Origin: a virus | Lineage: Duplodnaviria; Caudoviricetes | Length of the DNA stretch: 64,000 bases | IMG/VR virus record: IMGVR_UViG_3300024331_000061 | Location: 1-64,000 of that record | Direction: 5' to 3' (one strand) | In this document: in pieces, positions 43,401-51,329 of the stretch | Position numbering within the stretch: position 1 is the first letter of the stretch | Layout of the letters: every line of letters begins with the position of its first letter | The notes under the pieces: model-generated | The model's input: the letters and a program-made list of their open reading frames with translations, nothing else | The model's database searches: none | What the model was told of the DNA's origin: nothing | Translations under genes and position numbers: made by a program

Positions 43401-45892
43401 ATCAGCCCGTCCCCTGGCCCGAGCGCCCGGTGTTCCTCAGCCGCCCTGGCTGAGTTGAACATGTTGACCGGCCAGCTGGCCTGCGGGCTGTAGGCAGCCA
43501 GCAGGATCGCGCCCTTGCGGGCGTCCCCGTCAGCCATCTTGGCAGCCAGCATGTGGGCGTCGGCGTACCAGCGCATCCCCTGGGCCTTCTCCTGGTCCGA
43601 GGATGCCCTGTATGCCGCGATCACGTTGGCCGGGCTGACCGGGTGCGCCCTGAAGAACGGGTGGTCCTCCGGGTGCGGGTAGTTGATCGGGCTCTTGTTC
43701 TTCTTGATCAGCAGCCGCTCGTGCCTGGGCACCATATAACCCGCGCCCCTGCTCCATTGGCCGTGAGCATCCCGCTTCTCAGCCGGGTTGAACCGCCAGC
43801 CCAGATCCAGGGCCTGGGCGCTGATGCCAGCCCAGTTCTGCCCGCCAGCACCGGGAGCCGCGCCGGGTGCGATGTCGTTGAGCCGCGAGATCATCTGCGT
43901 GTACCAGTCATCGTGGCCCAGCCGGTGGAACTCGGGCTTGATCGTGGCCAGGCCCTCTACCAGCTGCTCGTACTCGGCCGTGTCCAGGACCTCGTTGTGC
44001 CAGAAGGGGCTGTTGGTCCCGTAGCTGCTGGCGAAGCCGCCGCTCATGTCGATGGGCACCGGCACGTCATCCGGGGTGATCATCCAGTTGAAGTCGTGCC
44101 GGTCGGGGTTGGAGATCAGGTAGTCGAGCACACCGATCTTGTGGCCCTGGGGGTTGTCCTCGCTCTCCAGGTCGTAGGTGTCAGCGCCGCCTGAGTAGTT
44201 CCCGGCCACCTCGCCGGGCACGAAGCCCATGATGATCTCGTCGGGCTCGCCGTCCGTCAGGCGGGCTACCGGCGGTGCGCCAGCCCCGACTACCTGGCTG
44301 ACGTAGTAGGACAGCTCGTCGGCGTCCGGCATGGACTGGTAGCCGGATAGGTACTTCTTGTGCACGACCTTCTCGCCGCTGGGCAGCGTGACGATCTCGA
44401 CGGTGCCCTGGATGCCGTCACTGGAGTCCTCGGAATCACCCATGGCCAGGTCATCCTCGGTGATCTCCTGGAGCTTCCTGACCTCTGGGCTGTTGTGGCC
44501 GACCTCTTCTGGCGGGCTCGGCATGCCCGGCAGCAGGTACTGCTTGACGCCGGGGGCCACCATGACGCCAGGCGGGCTCGGGCTCGGCGGCGGCGGCGTC
44601 GGCTGCTTAGCCGGTTCCTCCATCGCCCGCAGGGCCGTGTCGGACACGTGATGCTCGTTACCGGCCCCGTCGGTGATCAGCCAGGGCGCATCCGGGTTAG
44701 GCGGGTGCGGGTCGAGTGCGACCCACGCCATCGGCCCCGGCCCGCTGACCACCCGGAACTGCATCCCGGCCATGCGATTGATGTCCGGCGGCTTTGTCGG
44801 GCCGAGCAGCGAAGCCGAGTGGTGCTCAGCCATCCTCCTGGCCCAGGCTGCGGCCCCGATCGCGGGCATCTGGGAGATCGGCTGCTCCTGCCGGATGACC
44901 CCGCCGTTCTTCCAGTCGATCAGCCGCCGCATGCCGTCGGGCGCATCGACCACCACGTGGCCGCCTGCCACGGCCACGACACGGCCCTGGAGGCCCATGC
45001 TGCTCTGGGCCAGGTCCCCCTCCTTCGGAGCCCCGGTCCTCGGCATGATGCCAGTGCCCCGGAAATTCCAGGCTCCGGGGATGTGCGGCGGGACGGCGGG
45101 CAGTGCCGGGCCGACCTCGGACAGCGGGACGGTGTGCACGGGCACCCCGCCGTTGCGCCAGTCCACCAGGTGCCGCATGCGGTCGTTGGCGTCGATGGCC
45201 GCGTGACCGCCCGCCACGGAGATGACGGTGCCCCAGACGCCCTGGCTGTTCTTGGCCTGGTCCCCGACTCGCGGCTCCGTGACGATCTGGTTGCTGATGA
45301 GGCCGCCCCGGACGAACTGCCACGCGCCGAGCAGGTGAGGCACGGGCACGGCACGCCCGGCCCTCAGCGCCCTGTTCCGCTCGGCCTCTCGCTGCATGGC
45401 CTCGCGGCCCTCTTTCAGCGTGCTCGCGCCCTGCGGGAACGGGTGAGCATGCCGGATGATCTGGCCCTGCTCATCGACGGTCCAGGTCTGTCCGCCAGCC
45501 CTCCTGTTGTCGTGCTGCTTGGCCTTCAGCTCGGCAGCCGGTGTCCAGGGCCGGGATACGGGAGCCGGGTGCATCCGGTCCCACTCGGCCATGTGCTGAC
45601 GACGCTGGGCGAGCTGACTGCGGATCGTCTCCGGGCCGTTGCCCTCGGCCTTCAGCCGCCGGGCGATGGCCTGCTCGGTGATGCCGCCGCCGAACTGCTG
45701 GCGGCCCGCCTTGTCCCGTTCATGCGCCGCCTTCTGCCTGTAAACCTCGCTCGGCCAGCCCTGGCGCGCGTTCTCGCGGGCGAAGGTGTCCGGCCGCCAG
45801 GTCGTCTTGATCCACCGGCCGTGGCTGTCCCTCGGGTGCAGGACGCTGTTGAAGAACGCCAGCTCCAGGATCTGCTCGCTGATGGTCGTCAC
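40424..45892 (-). CDS. 1822-aa modular head-associated polyprotein (2 PI3/PI4K/HipA-like kinases, glycosylase-like domain, unknown domain, HExxH peptidase)
   Basis: DYLI-x-NPDRH-x-x-N twice, HEFTH...EEGFTE, five linker motifs ending RD-x-x-G-x-W; GTGA/TGATG coupling. Confidence 0.8.
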   Translation of the reverse strand: MTTISEQILELAFFNSVLHPRDSHGRWIKTTWRPDTFARENARQGWPSEVYRQKAAHERDKAGRQQFGGGITEQAIARRLKAEGNGPETIRSQLAQRRQHMAEWDRMHPAPVSRPWTPAAELKAKQHDNRRAGGQTWTVDEQGQIIRHAHPFPQGASTLKEGREAMQREAERNRALRAGRAVPVPHLLGAWQFVRGGLISNQIVTEPRVGDQAKNSQGVWGTVISVAGGHAAIDANDRMRHLVDWRNGGVPVHTVPLSEVGPALPAVPPHIPGAWNFRGTGIMPRTGAPKEGDLAQSSMGLQGRVVAVAGGHVVVDAPDGMRRLIDWKNGGVIRQEQPISQMPAIGAAAWARRMAEHHSASLLGPTKPPDINRMAGMQFRVVSGPGPMAWVALDPHPPNPDAPWLITDGAGNEHHVSDTALRAMEEPAKQPTPPPPSPSPPGVMVAPGVKQYLLPGMPSPPEEVGHNSPEVRKLQEITEDDLAMGDSEDSSDGIQGTVEIVTLPSGEKVVHKKYLSGYQSMPDADELSYYVSQVVGAGAPPVARLTDGEPDEIIMGFVPGEVAGNYSGGADTYDLESEDNPQGHKIGVLDYLISNPDRHDFNWMITPDDVPVPIDMSGGFASSYGTNSPFWHNEVLDTAEYEQLVEGLATIKPEFHRLGHDDWYTQMISRLNDIAPGAAPGAGGQNWAGISAQALDLGWRFNPAEKRDAHGQWSRGAGYMVPRHERLLIKKNKSPINYPHPEDHPFFRAHPVSPANVIAAYRASSDQEKAQGMRWYADAHMLAAKMADGDARKGAILLAAYSPQASWPVNMFNSARAAEEHRALGPGDGLISGAMQANAQEALDGATVDEALQAPKTRAFAHLIENGGDAPSDTKGHVVIDRHALSVAMGVRLPDNIEPPIGKARYHEYVADQYREAARQLNEQGTPIAPHQLQAITWLHQQSANLAVTAVQAADPASPENARAKGRTTMLRNAWAKWAKYAGAEGLPLHPGTTSLAQVVSDWNEAVELAVWEHELRDRHGRWTRGGVARVASDLASGIASHKKLGDGLQGRTEILTLNNGQKAVQKTLLDWQGHPAKDLADSEELAATVADAVEGTGAPAVHRSGPKQVTMAFSKGVLAERYLADRNVDPEDPYDAMPDLFSSPRGLRIGMLDYLIDNPDRHSHNYLMDGDKPVPIDNSSAYGTNGFRPGVVGPNGQKGTVSPFTRALFANPNGIPEGEVRAMEARLRSMQADFASHGRSLWHTETMIRWANYLALRKKAAGLATISGQAVELAELRDSRGRWTRFGAAESAASTAAAHHKGFSVSVRTGESPPGGYMVAQVDHTHTYPAAILDDHAKLTRAIDDMIMAEKNSFTGKQAYLGGWVHDGKLWLEPSDNFASKSMAVAAGRSRNQISVYSLPDYAEIPTGGSGGGRITEHANQGAGQGPGGLRGPARGRAAGDGSRAGHGGSIRDQVLLAWHFNPLESRDDRGRWSHMNKWLDGSAVGRETPPSGEDIPPLQGEGSYESMHKAVRDFAAKGAPLVPGLLGGGREAWNGKVTVGIDDPDTAGQMSWSGELQVSGVVARSIEEMMAHQFRPVDHPDSAEVLLHEFTHADIGGSEAKINEKRRSFGIRTLYREEYSDHQRAYQDPATGAIEEGFTELATIHHAPEFLKAMGIGERKVAEPGVMRFQMQTLADMALAAQDPVKIKNGSAWGHYGWQTAMAQDWVQQVAQDEGHGDLRMSTPGYARTRELSDEINREGASRKVNVMARQVIMAALKDSPDAPLLTDEIAMARVEVETRRAILEAWSGQEAAVNAHRAAVRTVHQTAHTERMAREGRAA

Positions 45893-46083
45893 GGGCGAGC
45901 CCAGACGTAGCCGTTGCTCCAGCCGTTCAGGACCCTGAACGCTTCCTCGGGATCACCGCCTGCCTTACGGACGGCTGAGTCGGCCATGGTCTGGAGGCTA
46001 GGGGAGCTGGCCAGCAGCCGCCCGGCGTCCAGGCTGATCGTGCCGAGCTGGCCCTTGGCGTCGAACACCCGCAGCGTAGCCAT
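45889..46083 (-). CDS. Small hypothetical protein
   Basis: 64 aa, translationally coupled on both sides. Confidence 0.65.
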   Translation of the reverse strand: MATLRVFDAKGQLGTISLDAGRLLASSPSLQTMADSAVRKAGGDPEEAFRVLNGWSNGYVWARP

Positions 46084-48602
46084 CAGCTAGCCAGCAGGAT
46101 GCCATCTGGCTCATTGGCCAGGGCGATCTGCTTCAGGTCGGCCGCGATCTGCACGTTGAGCTGGTGGATCTGCGCCCGGAGCGACGTGATCAGCTGCCCC
46201 CTGGTCGGGGCCTTCTTGCCCGCCGGTCCCTTCCTGGCCGGTGCGCCCTTCTTGGCTGGCGTGGCCGCCGCCGTCTTGCCGGTGGCCCCGGCCTTCTGGG
46301 CAGCCTTCGTGGTCTTCTGCTTGACCACCGTCAGCTTGGCCAGCTGCGCGGTGAGCAGCTTCAGCTTGGCCCGGTCAGCCTTGACCCGCGCCCGGAGCTG
46401 CTGCTTGCTCAGGCCCGCAGATGCCGTCGTGCCGCCGCCTCCCCAGGTGCCGACCGGCGTCCGGGCCTGCGCCGGGTTGAACCCGGCCAGCTCGATCGCA
46501 TCGAGCACGTCGCCCCAGCTGTGCGCGTGGGCTCGGGCCTGCTTGGCGCTCCAGTCCGCGCTGGTGGCCGCCGAGGCGGCCCGCACCTCGGGCCTGACGT
46601 TGCCGCCGCCAGCCGCCCAGCGCTTGGATGCGCCCCGCGCGATGGCGATGGCCTGGCTGAGCGTCTTGGCCCGGCCGGTGCGCAGCAGAGCCCTGGCGAT
46701 GTTCTGGATGTACGGCGGCAGCTCCATGCCCTTGACGCCCCAGAGCCCCGGCCCGCCCGGCTTGCCGAACGGGTGCGGCTCGGTCGCCAGCCTGCCGGTG
46801 TCGGCGCTCAGCAGGATCGCGGCGTCGATGTCTTCCCAGCTGGCCTGGATGGTGGCCATGATGCCTTGCTTGATCTTGGCGTAGTAGGCGGGGTCCGCGA
46901 TGCCCAGCATCTTGGATTGCGCCGGGCTGAATGCGGGCATGGACGCCAGCGCCTCGAAGTCCTGGATCTTCTGCGCCGCTGACGCATCCCGCCGGTAGGT
47001 CCTGGCGTCCGCCGTGACCGCAGGCCCGTGCGAGTGGAGCTGGCCGGGGTGGGCCGCGTGCAGGTCCTCGTGCACCTTCACGAAGTCCTCGTAGGTGCGG
47101 GTCTCGCGGTTGAACCCGGTGCGGCCGGTGGGCAGCCCGAGCTGGTGGCCCTCCGCGATGTGCTTGATCATCGCTGCCCTGGTCTTGGGGATGCCGTGGA
47201 AGACCCAGCCGTGGCTGTAGCCCTTCGGGCCGGTCAGCTCGATCGCGTCGAGCACGTCAGCCCAGCTGAACTGGATGGTGGGCGGGCCTGGCGGCATCTC
47301 CAGGCTGCCGCTGGCCGACCAGGCGGCCACGTCGTTGTTCCAGCCCGCGACCTTCTTGCCGAACGTGGTGCCTGGTGTCGCCGCCTCTGCCTTCTTCGCC
47401 TTCCGGGCAGCCAGCTCCTGCTGGTATTGCAGGTCCCTGGCCCGGTTCTCGTGGATGTGCGCCAGCACGCTGTCCCCGCCCTCGCGGGCCACCTGCGCAC
47501 TGCGCAGCTCACCCGCGATCTGCTGGGAGAGCTTGTCCTTCTTGACCCCGGCGGCGCGGGCACCGCGCTGGAGCTGGATGTTGGCGAGGACCTCATCGCC
47601 GCCCTCGCGGGAGACCTGGGCGGACCTGAGCCAGCCGTGGCTCCAGCCACCCGGTCCTACCAGCTCTACCGCTGCACCCGTTGAACTCGCCTGGATCATG
47701 GCCCGGCGGGCTCGTTCCTCGGCCACCAGCCTGTGCAGCTTGTGCTTGTGCCCCTCGGAGCTGAACATGTTGGCGAAGCCCCTGGCCTCGCGCTTGGACA
47801 GGTGCCTGCCGAACGGCTGGTTGAGCCGTCCTGCCGTCGCCTCCAGGGACGCCCCGGCCTCTACCTGCCGCAGCCAGCCGTGGCTCCAGCCGCCGGGTCC
47901 GGTCAGCTCGACGCCGCCAGCCGGGTTGGCGTGCTTCTGCCCGAGCTTGGCGAAGCCCTTGCGCCCGTACTTCTTCCGCCCGATGTACGCGGCCAGCGCA
48001 CCTGGGTTCCTCGCGCCCCTCTTGGCCAGCGCGCCCTTCAGCGCGCTGAAGTTCTTGCCGCTGCCCGGCTTGGCCCCGGCGAACGTAGCCAGCCCGATCA
48101 CGCCGTCGAGGTCCTCCCAGGACAGCGCCTTGAGATGCTGAGCCTGCGGGGAGACCGCAGGCGCGGCGGCGACGGGTCCTGGTGCACCATTCGGTGCACC
48201 GACGGGGACGGGCTGGCTGGACGGCAGGAACGTCTTACCGCTGGCCGCCGCCATCGCCCGCTTCTGCTCCATGAACCCCTCGTTGCGGGCTCGCACGTCA
48301 TCGATGTCCTTGACGTTGAGCAGGTGCCGGTACGCCTGCTGCATGTAGAGCTTGGCTGCCATGTGGCCCTGGTCGTCGTGCACGCCGTGGCGGGTGATCT
48401 GGAGCGGGGCGAAGCCCTCGATAGCGGCGTTCAGGTGCCGCCTGGCTCCCTCTGTGCGCCCGCTGTCCAGCTCGCGGGCAGCGTCGGCCAGGTGGTCGTG
48501 CACGCTCATGTCGGGGAAGGTCTGGGCCACCTGAGCTGCGAGCTTGCGGATGCCCGCGCTGGTGCGCTGCTTCATGGGGGTGGTTGGGGTGATCCTAGTC
48601 AT
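46083..48602 (-). CDS. 839-aa modular basic head-associated polyprotein
   Basis: Start MTRIT at 48602 (ATGA with MuF); six (SW-x-D-x-x-x-x-)(V/I)-x-L-(A/T/S/V) linkers. Confidence 0.75.
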   Translation of the reverse strand: MTRITPTTPMKQRTSAGIRKLAAQVAQTFPDMSVHDHLADAARELDSGRTEGARRHLNAAIEGFAPLQITRHGVHDDQGHMAAKLYMQQAYRHLLNVKDIDDVRARNEGFMEQKRAMAAASGKTFLPSSQPVPVGAPNGAPGPVAAAPAVSPQAQHLKALSWEDLDGVIGLATFAGAKPGSGKNFSALKGALAKRGARNPGALAAYIGRKKYGRKGFAKLGQKHANPAGGVELTGPGGWSHGWLRQVEAGASLEATAGRLNQPFGRHLSKREARGFANMFSSEGHKHKLHRLVAEERARRAMIQASSTGAAVELVGPGGWSHGWLRSAQVSREGGDEVLANIQLQRGARAAGVKKDKLSQQIAGELRSAQVAREGGDSVLAHIHENRARDLQYQQELAARKAKKAEAATPGTTFGKKVAGWNNDVAAWSASGSLEMPPGPPTIQFSWADVLDAIELTGPKGYSHGWVFHGIPKTRAAMIKHIAEGHQLGLPTGRTGFNRETRTYEDFVKVHEDLHAAHPGQLHSHGPAVTADARTYRRDASAAQKIQDFEALASMPAFSPAQSKMLGIADPAYYAKIKQGIMATIQASWEDIDAAILLSADTGRLATEPHPFGKPGGPGLWGVKGMELPPYIQNIARALLRTGRAKTLSQAIAIARGASKRWAAGGGNVRPEVRAASAATSADWSAKQARAHAHSWGDVLDAIELAGFNPAQARTPVGTWGGGGTTASAGLSKQQLRARVKADRAKLKLLTAQLAKLTVVKQKTTKAAQKAGATGKTAAATPAKKGAPARKGPAGKKAPTRGQLITSLRAQIHQLNVQIAADLKQIALANEPDGILLAS

Positions 48603-49285
48603 GCCACTCGTACCAGCCTCCTGAACGACGCGCCGTGGGCGCTTGGCAGCATTCTCGCACCGATGTGCGCCGGACCTGGGTAACAGCGGCAGTGCGGATG
48701 CACCGCGCCGGGCCAGCCGATCAGCGGGATGGCCGTGGCCTCGAAGTTCTTCCCGTTGGCCGCCTTGCACTCGGTGCTCGTGCGTGCGTCGAGCACCGTG
48801 TTCCAGCCGAGCAGGTTGCCGTAGGTCATGGCCGCCGAATCCACCTGGGCAGCTGCCTTCGCCCGGTTCCACATCGCGTCGAGATGCTGGCCGAAGTACC
48901 GTCGCTCGCGCGCAATTGCATCTGCAAGCGCCTTCTGCAACGGCTGACCGTGGCTGCGGGCCTCGGTCAGGTCGCTAGTAACGCGGCGGCCAGCTGCGAG
49001 GGCGAACTGAGCCCGCCGCAGGTAGTTCTGCCGTGCGGTCGTCAGGGACGCGGAACCAGCGACCCCCGTCCTCTCCGGTGGAAAGCTCATCACCATATCC
49101 AGGACGGCCAGCATCGAGGCGGGTTGCACCTGGGACGTACGGAAGGACGGAAGTAGGCTCGTCAGGACCGCCATGGGTGTCACCGCCGAGGCCAGCGCCG
49201 TGGCCAGGGCCGCGATAATGGCCGTATCTGTCGCCGTAACCGGCGAGGATGGCGGGGGCGGCGGCTGCTGAGCGGGCGTAGTCAT
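48599..49285 (-). CDS. MuF-like minor capsid / head morphogenesis protein
   Basis: LGWNTVLDARTSTECKAANG...PGAVHPHCRC; follows portal. Confidence 0.8.
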   Translation of the reverse strand: MTTPAQQPPPPPSSPVTATDTAIIAALATALASAVTPMAVLTSLLPSFRTSQVQPASMLAVLDMVMSFPPERTGVAGSASLTTARQNYLRRAQFALAAGRRVTSDLTEARSHGQPLQKALADAIARERRYFGQHLDAMWNRAKAAAQVDSAAMTYGNLLGWNTVLDARTSTECKAANGKNFEATAIPLIGWPGAVHPHCRCYPGPAHIGARMLPSAHGASFRRLVRVA

Positions 49286-49478
49286 CTGGATCGACTCCCA
49301 TCGCTACCAGCATGCGCCTGTGCAGGTGCCAGGCCAAGCGCACCCGCTCCGTGTGCTGCCTGTCCGCGTAGACCCGCAGCCGGTGCACCCGGTACATCAG
49401 GATCACCGTCATGACCAGGCTGGCTGCGATGCCCGCCGTGACGAGCTGCTGGAAGTGCTGGTGCCAGTAAACACTCAT
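48975..49478 (-). CDS. Membrane protein ORF whose 3' part overlaps MuF
   Basis: TGATG coupled to portal; N-terminal TM; last 311 nt overlap MuF in another frame. Confidence 0.4.
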   Translation of the reverse strand: MSVYWHQHFQQLVTAGIAASLVMTVILMYRVHRLRVYADRQHTERVRLAWHLHRRMLVAMGVDPDDYARSAAAAPAILAGYGDRYGHYRGPGHGAGLGGDTHGGPDEPTSVLPYVPGATRLDAGRPGYGDELSTGEDGGRWFRVPDDRTAELPAAGSVRPRSWPPRY

Positions 49479-51070
49479 CAGCCAGGTTTACCAGCTCGGG
49501 CGGCTGGTGTCGGCCCGGCCATCAAAGATCCCGCCCTGGGCGGCCTCGGCGGCCCGCTGACTGGCTGCGCGCCCGGAGGCGGCGGCGGGCGCAGCCCTGG
49601 TGCGCCACCCGGCCGCGCCCCCGCCTGCTGCACGATACCGTGAGCGGCCCCAGCCAGCCCCTGGAGCTGTCCTATGGACCCGGCGGTCTCCGGGGGCAGG
49701 CCCGGCGGCGGGTTCTGCGTCATGGCTTCCTGGCGCTGCGTGGCGGTGGCGATCAGCGCCGCGTGCACCTGGTCCACGTCGAGCTGGAGGATGCTGGCCA
49801 TGCGCTCGGTGATCAGGTCGAACACCTGGAGCGGAACGTGCAGGACGGGGGCGGCTGCCATGGTCTGGAACATGGTGAGCAGCGCGGCCTGCTGCTCGTC
49901 CTGGAGCGGGCCGAACTTGGCGCTGGGGAACGCGGCCTCGGGGCCGAAGTTGAGTAGCACCAGCGGCCGGATGATGCCGTGGGAGTAGGCTTCCGCCTGC
50001 TCTTTCGCCACGCCCTGCCTGCTCTTGAGGTAGAACGATGACTGGTCCTGGCTCAGCGAAAAGCTGCCCTTGCCGCCCATTGCGGAGCCGGTCAGGCCCA
50101 TGAACCCAGCCAGGACAGAGTGGGTCTGCCAGCCCTCCAGGAACGCCATGGCCTCAGCGAAGAACTTGCCGCCGTCCCCGCTGGACTCCAGCACGTCGAA
50201 CAGCTTCTTGTCCTCGGACGGGTGCACCATGCCGACCACGCCGCTGGACTTCAGCGAGGCGATCGAGTCGGCCTTGTCGTTGGCCTCGGCCTGGTCGTTG
50301 CCGTAGACCACGGTCCTGGGCAGCGCCTGGACCTCCAGGAAGTGATACCAGAGGTAGAGCAGCTTCATCTTGGTCTGGTAGCACCAGTAGGCCACCTCCA
50401 TCTCGGACGCGCCGATCAGGGGCTCGCGGTGCTTGCCGTGGGTGTAGATGAAGCTCCGCACGTGCGGGATGTCCACGTAGCCGGGCGTCTTGGACTTGCT
50501 GCTCAGGGCCATCTGGCCGCCGAACAGCCAGACCTGCTGGCGGAACCCGTGCTCGGCCGCCGTGCGCGAGTTATACCGGGCCTGGCAGGTGGACACCGGC
50601 CGGAACGCGATCTTGTCGTAGATGATCTTGCCGTCGTCCGGGCGGACCTTCCAGACCTTCTCGAAGAAGGCCCGGCGGTAGATCTGGCCGCTGGTGATCT
50701 GGCCGATCAGGTCCACGTTCTGCGTCTGCATGCCGCCGTTGTGGTCCGGGGTGAGCAGCACGCTGTTGACGAAATCGGCCTCGCCCTTGTCACCCTTGGC
50801 TGGGTTGATGCTGAAGTCGGCTTCGCGGATCGGCAGGGTAAGCACGCTCTCGACGGACTGGCAGATGCCGTCCCGCTGGAACATCACCTTCATGTCCCGG
50901 CTGGTCCACTCGCCGTAATCGAACACGTCGCCGCCGCCGTAGTAGGCGAACAGCCGCTGCCCGATGTCGAACTGGGTGCCGATCTCCTTGCCCAGCAGCT
51001 GGCTCTTGGTCGTCTTGATGTCAGGCAGCTTCAGGACCTGCGCCAGCTGACCATCCTGCTTCTGGGCCAT
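49478..51070 (-). CDS. Portal protein (DUF935/Mu gp29-like)
   Basis: AFFEKVW, AYWCYQTK...WYHFLEVQALP, IIRPLVLLNFG; between terL and MuF. Confidence 0.88.
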   Translation of the reverse strand: MAQKQDGQLAQVLKLPDIKTTKSQLLGKEIGTQFDIGQRLFAYYGGGDVFDYGEWTSRDMKVMFQRDGICQSVESVLTLPIREADFSINPAKGDKGEADFVNSVLLTPDHNGGMQTQNVDLIGQITSGQIYRRAFFEKVWKVRPDDGKIIYDKIAFRPVSTCQARYNSRTAAEHGFRQQVWLFGGQMALSSKSKTPGYVDIPHVRSFIYTHGKHREPLIGASEMEVAYWCYQTKMKLLYLWYHFLEVQALPRTVVYGNDQAEANDKADSIASLKSSGVVGMVHPSEDKKLFDVLESSGDGGKFFAEAMAFLEGWQTHSVLAGFMGLTGSAMGGKGSFSLSQDQSSFYLKSRQGVAKEQAEAYSHGIIRPLVLLNFGPEAAFPSAKFGPLQDEQQAALLTMFQTMAAAPVLHVPLQVFDLITERMASILQLDVDQVHAALIATATQRQEAMTQNPPPGLPPETAGSIGQLQGLAGAAHGIVQQAGARPGGAPGLRPPPPPGAQPVSGPPRPPRAGSLMAGPTPAARAGKPG

Positions 51071-51076
51071 GGCCCC

Positions 51077-51088
51077 AGGGTAGACCGT
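51077..51088 (-). promoter_or_regulatory. Putative leaderless promoter -10 (TACCCT, 6 nt before portal ATG)
   Basis: ACGGTCTACCCT; related ACGGTCTACGCT at 39554-39565 and TACCCT 6 nt before ATG 55396. Confidence 0.4.
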
Positions 51089-51101
51089 GCAGGCTTACCC
51101 G

Positions 51102-51314
51102 TTACCGCCCGCCGCGCTGGCGGATGATATAAGCGATCAGCTGGTGAGCGCAGCCGATATCGCTGGCGAGCTTGCGCATGGTCCACTTCCGCCGGTCCTC
51201 GTTGCGCAGCTCCATGATGAGCCGGTCCCGCGAATCACGACGGCGGCCCGCCTCCTGTTCGAGACGAGCCGCCGCCTGATGGTGCTCACGGGCCTGCTGA
51301 GCCCGTATGTCCAC
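51102..51314 (-). CDS. Small HTH DNA-binding protein in the Ro60 cassette
   Basis: WTMRKLASDIGCAHQLIAYII helix-turn-helix; AAGGAGG RBS. Confidence 0.7.
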   Translation of the reverse strand: MDIRAQQAREHHQAAARLEQEAGRRRDSRDRLIMELRNEDRRKWTMRKLASDIGCAHQLIAYIIRQRGGR

Positions 51315-51329
51315 TGCTATCCGGCCTCC

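Noticed and set aside
40424-45892. Intein/Hint self-splicing as explanation for the polyprotein
   Set aside because: No Cys-start Hint block or HN/C-terminal splice motifs seen at the module junctions
49464-49475. Fifth GTGTTTAC motif copy
   Set aside because: Partial match inside the first codons of an ORF (ATG AGT GTT TAC), without the ACAC end or preceding -10 box
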